DNA from: Deinococcus radiodurans R1 = ATCC 13939 = DSM 20539
Lineage (GTDB): Bacteria > Deinococcota > Deinococci > Deinococcales > Deinococcaceae
Assembly (NCBI RefSeq): GCF_000008565.1
Contig: NC_001263.1
Location: 52,693 to 84,692, forward strand
DNA length: 32,000 nt
Reading direction: 5' to 3'
The translations under genes and the position numbers were made by a program. The notes under the pieces are model-generated. The model did no database searches. It was given only the letters and a program-made list of their open reading frames with translations, and was not told the DNA's origin. Shown here one piece after another: positions 25,688 to 32,000 of this stretch (the stretch's first letter is position 1; every line of letters starts with the position of its first letter).

Positions 25688-26509
25688 TTACCCCTGCCGT
25701 GCCCAGGCCGCCGCTGCCTGCACCTGTTCCGGCGTGGGCCGCACGCCCGTGTAGAGCACGAACTGTTCGAGGGCCTGAAGTGCCGCGACTTCTTCCCCGG
25801 TCACGACGGGCTTGCCCTGCCGCCGCGCCTCGGCAATCAGCGGCGTTTCGGCGGGCAGCGCCACCACGTCGAACACGGCGCGGGCCTGGGCAATCAGCTC
25901 CGGCGCAAAGCTGAGATCGTGTTCCTCCGGCCCCCCCGCCATGCCGATGGGCGTGACGTTGACCAGCAGGTCGGCAGCTTCCGGCTCGGGCGTCCAGCGC
26001 CAGCCCAGCCGCCCGGCCAGTTCGCGCCCCGCCGCCTCGTTGCGGGCGACCAGCACGCCGTTTTCAAAGCCCGCGTCCCGCAGCGCCGACGCCACCGCCT
26101 TGCCCATGCCGCCGCTGCCGCGCACGCCGACACGCCAGGACGGGTCGAGTTCTTTTTCCCGAATCAGCAGGCGAACGGCTTCGTAATCGGTGTTATAAGC
26201 CCGCAGCACGCCGTCATCGTTGACGATCGTGTTCACCGACTCGATGGCCGCCGCCGACGGCATCAGTTCGTCGAGCAGCGGAATCACCGCTTCCTTGAAC
26301 GGCATGCTCACCGCGCACCCACGAATCCCCAGCGCCCGGATGCCGCCGATGGCAGCAGGTAAATCCTGCGTGGTGAACGCCTTGTACATGTAGTTCAGGC
26401 CCAGCAACTCATACAGATAATTGTGAAAACGGGTGCCGAAGTTGCCGGGCCCGGCGGCGAGACTCATGCAAAGCCGGGTGTCACGGTCAAACCGGGGAGC
26501 GGGAAGCAT
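25688..26509 (-). CDS. Shikimate dehydrogenase family protein, apparently of the SDH-like (SdhL/HI0607-type) subgroup
   Basis: RLCMSLAAGPGNFGTRFHNYLYELLGLNYMYKAFTT, GCAVSMPFKE, SVNTIVND.G.LRAYNTDY and the GSGGMGKAV Rossmann motif. The opening and overall pattern follow what I recall for the SDH-L subgroup rather than canonical AroE. Confidence 0.8.
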   Translation of the reverse strand: MLPAPRFDRDTRLCMSLAAGPGNFGTRFHNYLYELLGLNYMYKAFTTQDLPAAIGGIRALGIRGCAVSMPFKEAVIPLLDELMPSAAAIESVNTIVNDDGVLRAYNTDYEAVRLLIREKELDPSWRVGVRGSGGMGKAVASALRDAGFENGVLVARNEAAGRELAGRLGWRWTPEPEAADLLVNVTPIGMAGGPEEHDLSFAPELIAQARAVFDVVALPAETPLIAEARRQGKPVVTGEEVAALQALEQFVLYTGVRPTPEQVQAAAAWARQG

Positions 26510-26512
26510 GGG

Positions 26513-27433
26513 TCAGGATAGGCCGAGCATCAGCTCCAGATTCTGCACCGCTGCGCCACTCGCCCCTTTGCCGAGGTTGTCGAGCCGCGCGGCGAGCAGG
26601 GCGCGTTCGCCGTCCGCCGCCGGGTATACGAACAGTTCGAGGTTGTTGGTGCCGTTCAGCGTCTGCGGGTCGAGAATCTCGGGGTTGTCGGCCAGCTCGA
26701 AGACCTTCACGTACTGTTGCCCGGCGTAGTGCTCCTTCAGCGCGGCGTGCAGCGCCTCGGCACTCACTCCCAGCTCGGCCAGATGCAGGGGAACCGTCAC
26801 GGTCATCCCCTGCGCCCAGCCGCCCACGTTCGGCGTGAACACGGGCTTGCGGGTCAGGCCGCCGTACACCATCGTCTCGGGCAGGTGCTTGTGCTCCAGC
26901 GTGAGACCGTAACTGATAAACGCGCCCTTGGATGGGTGCGCGCTGCCCTGCTCGTGGGCGTCTACCAGCGCGCGCCCGCCGCCGGTGTAGCCGCTGTAGC
27001 CCTGAATATGCACCGGAAAGTCGGCGGGCAGCAGCCCGCGCCCAGTCAGCGGGGCCAGCAGCGCAATCGCGCCGGTGCTGTAGCAGCCGGGGTTGGCCAC
27101 GTACCGCGCCTGCCGGATTTTCTCCGGCTGCTCTGCGCTCAGTTCGGGAAAGCCAAAGACCCAGTCGGGGTGAATGCGGTGAGCGGTGCTGGCGTCCAGC
27201 AGCCGCGAAGCTGGGTTGGTCGTGAGGCTTACCGCTTCCCGCGCCGCGTCATCGTGCAGGCACAGGATGGAGACGTCGGCGGCGTTGAGCAGTTCGGCCC
27301 GCGCCGCGCTGTCTTTGCGCCGCACTGGGTCGATGCTCAGCAGTTCGAGGTCGCTCCGCCCGGCGAGGCGCTCTCTGATTTGCAGGCCGGTGGTTCCGGC
27401 TTCACCGTCAATGAAAATCTTGGGCTTGTTCAT
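26513..27433 (-). CDS. argC: N-acetyl-gamma-glutamyl-phosphate reductase, short type-2 form
   Basis: [23 protein letters not shown] (NAD-binding GxxGxxG) and the catalytic-Cys motif ANPGCYSTG. About 306 aa, typical of type-2 ArgC. Confidence 0.9.
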   Translation of the reverse strand: MNKPKIFIDGEAGTTGLQIRERLAGRSDLELLSIDPVRRKDSAARAELLNAADVSILCLHDDAAREAVSLTTNPASRLLDASTAHRIHPDWVFGFPELSAEQPEKIRQARYVANPGCYSTGAIALLAPLTGRGLLPADFPVHIQGYSGYTGGGRALVDAHEQGSAHPSKGAFISYGLTLEHKHLPETMVYGGLTRKPVFTPNVGGWAQGMTVTVPLHLAELGVSAEALHAALKEHYAGQQYVKVFELADNPEILDPQTLNGTNNLELFVYPAADGERALLAARLDNLGKGASGAAVQNLELMLGLS

Positions 27434-27945
27434 TCTTCCTCCCTGTAGCAGCGCCGCACCAGCTCGGCTAAGTCCCCTTTCGCCGCTTCACCCGCCGCGA
27501 TACGGGCCAGCAAATGCTCCGGCGTCAGCCACTCGCCGCCGCTGATGTCGTTGGGGTTAAATATGGGCGTGGCGTCGCTGCGGAGTTCGTAGACGCACAT
27601 GAACGAACTGAGCGTCGTCTGAAACGGTGAAAACGAGGCCAGCGGGCGCCAGGACAGCGCGTCAATCTCCACGTTGAGTTCCTCGCGGGCCTCGCGGCGA
27701 AACGCTTCCTCGTAAGTTTCGCCGCTCTGCACTGCCCCGCCCACGCTCACGTCCAGCGCATTCGGAAAGAGGCTCTTGCTGGGGCTGCGGCGTGGAATCC
27801 ACAGCTGGCCCTGGCTGTTGCGGAGAAAGGCGTTGACCACCCGCACCCGCTCCCAGCGCAGTGCCGGGTCGGTGCGGAGAATCTGCCCGACCACTTCGTC
27901 GCGCTCGTTCACGAGGTCCAAGCGTTCGTCGCTCACGCCCCCCAT
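27430..27945 (-). CDS. Nudix hydrolase (171 aa)
   Basis: Nudix box [24 protein letters not shown] (G-x5-E-x7-REUxEExGU). Its stop overlaps the argC start (ATGA at 27430-27433). Size and context match my recollection of the characterised D. radiodurans Nudix DR0079, which prefers CDP/CTP/dCDP/dCTP. Confidence 0.9.
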   Translation of the reverse strand: MGGVSDERLDLVNERDEVVGQILRTDPALRWERVRVVNAFLRNSQGQLWIPRRSPSKSLFPNALDVSVGGAVQSGETYEEAFRREAREELNVEIDALSWRPLASFSPFQTTLSSFMCVYELRSDATPIFNPNDISGGEWLTPEHLLARIAAGEAAKGDLAELVRRCYREEE

Positions 27946-27952
27946 TCTCCCA

Positions 27953-29014
<1,062 letters not shown>

Positions 29015-29049
29015 GTGGGCGGCGTCCCCAACTCAAAGTTATGCGGTTT

Positions 29050-29067
29050 GCTGTATAGAAATACAGC
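29050..29067. promoter_or_regulatory. Candidate ArgR operator (ARG box) upstream of argF
   Basis: GCTGTAT-AGAA-ATACAGC is a perfect 7-bp inverted repeat with an A-rich centre. It matches 12 of the 14 specified positions of TNTGAATWWWWATTCANW. It lies 36 nt upstream of ATG 29014 and is flanked by the direct repeats CGGTTTGCT (29044-29052, 29069-29077). Confidence 0.4.
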
Positions 29068-29076
29068 CCGGTTTGC

Positions 29077-29778
29077 TCAGCTCTGAGCCCCGCGCAGCGA
29101 TTCCGGCACTTCGTAGAACGTCTCGGAGGTGACGCGCTCAGGGAACTTGCGGATGAAATCCACCGTCGAAAGGGCCTGCGAGCGGTGACAGGCGATGGCC
29201 TGCAATTTGCGCGTCACCAGGGCGCTCACGTCGCGCTTGACGGTCGGCGGCAGCCACGCGGCCCGCAGTTCCTCGTTCTCAGGTGGCGTCTCGCTCGCGT
29301 AGTACCACAGCACCGGGCGGCTCCCGGCGGGCAGACGGTCCCAGGCGGCTTTCACGGCGCGGTGGGTGGTCATATGGTCGGGGTGGCCGTTGCTGCCGTT
29401 GGGCGGAAAGGTCAGCACCGTCTCAGGCCGCAGCCGCTCCATCGCTTCACGGGCCGTTTCGACGAGTTCCTCGAACGGGTAGTCCTTCAGGTATTTGTCG
29501 GGAAACTGGTGTTGCTCGTGCAGGCTGCCGGGCGTGGTCGTCAAGCCGATGACTTCCAGGCACGCCGCCAGTTCTACGGCCCGCATCCGCGCCAGTTCTT
29601 CAGGGCCATCGCACAGGCCCAGGGTGCGTCCCGCTTCGCCCCGCGTCAGCGTGACCAGTCCGCACGACTCACCCGCCGCCAGATATTCCATCAGTGTGCC
29701 GGACGCGCCGTACACCTCGTCGTCGGGGTGTGGAACAATCAGCAGCAGTTTCAGGCCCTTGCCTGTTTCGCTTGTCAT
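29077..29778 (-). CDS. PIG-L/LmbE family zinc deacetylase (possibly a bacillithiol-pathway BshB-type enzyme)
   Basis: LLLIVPHPDDEVYG and NGHPDHMTTH motifs. I favour ATG 29778 (MTSETGKG...) because TATGCT (29786-29791, minus strand) ends 7 nt upstream of it. The track start is 29790. Confidence 0.85.
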   Translation of the reverse strand: MTSETGKGLKLLLIVPHPDDEVYGASGTLMEYLAAGESCGLVTLTRGEAGRTLGLCDGPEELARMRAVELAACLEVIGLTTTPGSLHEQHQFPDKYLKDYPFEELVETAREAMERLRPETVLTFPPNGSNGHPDHMTTHRAVKAAWDRLPAGSRPVLWYYASETPPENEELRAAWLPPTVKRDVSALVTRKLQAIACHRSQALSTVDFIRKFPERVTSETFYEVPESLRGAQS

Positions 29779-29824
29779 GGTGGGCAGCATAGGCCAGCCG
29801 CGCCGTCAAAGAGAGGCGCCTGTC

Positions 29825-30289
29825 CTATTCCCACCGGAGCGTCCACACCCGGTAAGCGCACACGACCAGCAGCGCGCCCAGCGGCAGCGGCACGCCACCC
29901 AGGTCCAGCCAGAAGTCCACGCCCTGACTGATTCCGCCAATCCGACCCCGCACCTCCCTCTCGTAATGCCGCAGTCGTACGTCCTGCCCTGCTGTAAATG
30001 ACCCGTAACGCCCCTCGGCCCCTTCCGGCGTAAAGGTAAGCCGCACGTCGTCTCCCGCCGTCAGGGTGCCGAGCCGCACGACCAGTTCTTGCCCCTGCAC
30101 CTGCGCGTTCAGGTCAAAGCCTTGGGTATAGCCGCCCACCCGGCCCACGATGCCTGCCCCGCCCGCCGTCACGGTCACGTCCAGGCCATCGGTATACCCG
30201 CCGATGCGTCCCTGGAACGTCTGCCCGTCCCACTCGCCGCGCAGGTCCAGTCCGGCAGTCACGCCGCCCAGTCGTCCTTCCAGACTCAT
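29825..30289 (-). CDS. Tail-anchored hypothetical protein made of six 22-aa GRxGGxTxGxD repeats
   Basis: GRLGGVTAGLDLRGEWDGQTFQ / GRIGGYTDGLDVTVTAGGAGIV / GRVGGYTQGFDLNAQVQGQELV / VRLGTLTAGDDVRLTFTPEGAE / GRYGSFTAGQDVRLRHYEREVR / GRIGGISQGVDFWLDLGGVPLP, then the hydrophobic LGALLVVCAYRVW. TAAGCT (30296-30301, minus strand) ends 6 nt before the ATG. Confidence 0.65.
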   Translation of the reverse strand: MSLEGRLGGVTAGLDLRGEWDGQTFQGRIGGYTDGLDVTVTAGGAGIVGRVGGYTQGFDLNAQVQGQELVVRLGTLTAGDDVRLTFTPEGAEGRYGSFTAGQDVRLRHYEREVRGRIGGISQGVDFWLDLGGVPLPLGALLVVCAYRVWTLRWE

Positions 30290-30329
30290 GAGGTCAGCTT
30301 AGGCCGCTCTCCCTCACGGCCCTCTGACC

Positions 30330-30359
30330 AAAAAAGCCCCAGCCTTGCGGGGCCGGGGC
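30330..30359 (-). terminator. Intrinsic terminator after sucB
   Basis: Minus strand reads GCCCCGGCC-ccgcaa-GGCTGGGGC-TTTTTT. 9-bp stem with one G-U wobble and a T6 tail, 18 nt after the sucB stop. Confidence 0.8.
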
Positions 30360-30376
30360 AGAGAGAACAGGACAGC

Positions 30377-31630
<1,254 letters not shown>

Positions 31631-31889
31631 AGCCCCTCGATTGTAGCCCTCCAGCCGGCTCAGAGGCTCATATATAGGGTGCTGTCCCTTTGGCATGAAC
31701 GAAAGGTTTCCTTCTCGCCTCTTCTGTTTCTCTTTGCTGGCAATGATAGAGGAGAAAAAAGAAGACGTTTTCTGCGACGGTTTTTCGCCTCGCTGCTTGT
31801 CCATTGGCAAATTGCTGAGTACAGATGTCGTGCTGGACGCAATTTTCCCGCACCTCCTGAAACCACTTGAAATGCTTGAGGCGAGGGGG

Positions 31890-31918
31890 TTGACAGATTT
31901 ATCTGGGGCGGGTACTAT
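31890..31918 (+). promoter_or_regulatory. Near-consensus sigma-70 promoter firing rightward toward the window edge
   Basis: TTGACA (31890-31895) - 17 nt - TACTAT (31913-31918). The target lies beyond or at the end of the window. Confidence 0.5.
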
Positions 31919-32000
31919 TTCTGAGCCTCGAACGAGGCGGGACGCATGAAAAGGAAAGAGCAAGTGCGAGAACAGGCTCGTCCGACAGGATGAGGCACAC

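Noticed and set aside
29077-29778. PIG-L deacetylase as an acetylornithine/acetylcitrulline deacetylase functionally linked to the adjacent argF
   Set aside because: argF keeps the canonical ornithine-binding DxxxSMG and HCLP motifs, so an acetylated-intermediate pathway is not indicated. A separate promoter/operator region lies between the two genes. The PHPDDE/HPDH motifs fit bacillithiol- or mycothiol-type sugar deacetylases equally well.
31631-31963. 111-codon N-terminal extension of sucB, and the 84-aa ORF 31695-31949
   Set aside because: Low G+C third positions atypical for this genome and no protein-like features. A GAGGGG SD precedes ATG 31630, which gives the canonical MADIKVP lipoyl-domain start.

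Overview
This is a high-GC (roughly two-thirds G+C) bacterial chromosomal window. The gene content and several protein sequences match my recollection of Deinococcus radiodurans chromosome 1 around ddrB. The matching features are a DdrB-type SSB preceded by a 17-bp RDRM palindrome, a 171-aa Nudix hydrolase inside an arg cluster, pta and sucB. This placement is from memory, not from a search.

I can support about 25 protein genes, 2 tRNAs (Gln-UUG, Arg-CCG), two copies of a G/C-tract small noncoding repeat, several intrinsic terminators and several promoter or operator candidates. Most long ORFs in the six-frame track are GC-rich shadow frames antisense to recognisable genes.

The window is mostly housekeeping. 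I see no CRISPR array, IS element, integrase, prophage or convincing multi-gene defence island, and I cannot honestly name a complete new system here.

The points most worth a second look are:
1. A TetR-controlled 1467-aa YhgE/Pip (EsaA/YueB-like) membrane protein whose ectodomain holds at least 17 tandem 42-aa (six-heptad) repeats. The three best-conserved units are identical in protein sequence but differ only at synonymous DNA positions.
2. An MrfA/SftH-like DEAH helicase (two Cys clusters, DUF1998-type) that ends in a UvrD/PcrA-type HAKFGEG Tudor-like tail.
3. An argF-nudix-argC-sdhL operon with a candidate ARG box.
4. A tail-anchored protein built from six 22-aa repeats.
5. Three or four places where the protein-like signal jumps reading frame (kinase N-terminus, gene 2460-4317, PPIase tail). 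These suggest indels or sequence errors.
6. A recurrent TAnnnT-N6/7-ATG arrangement suggesting leaderless mRNAs.
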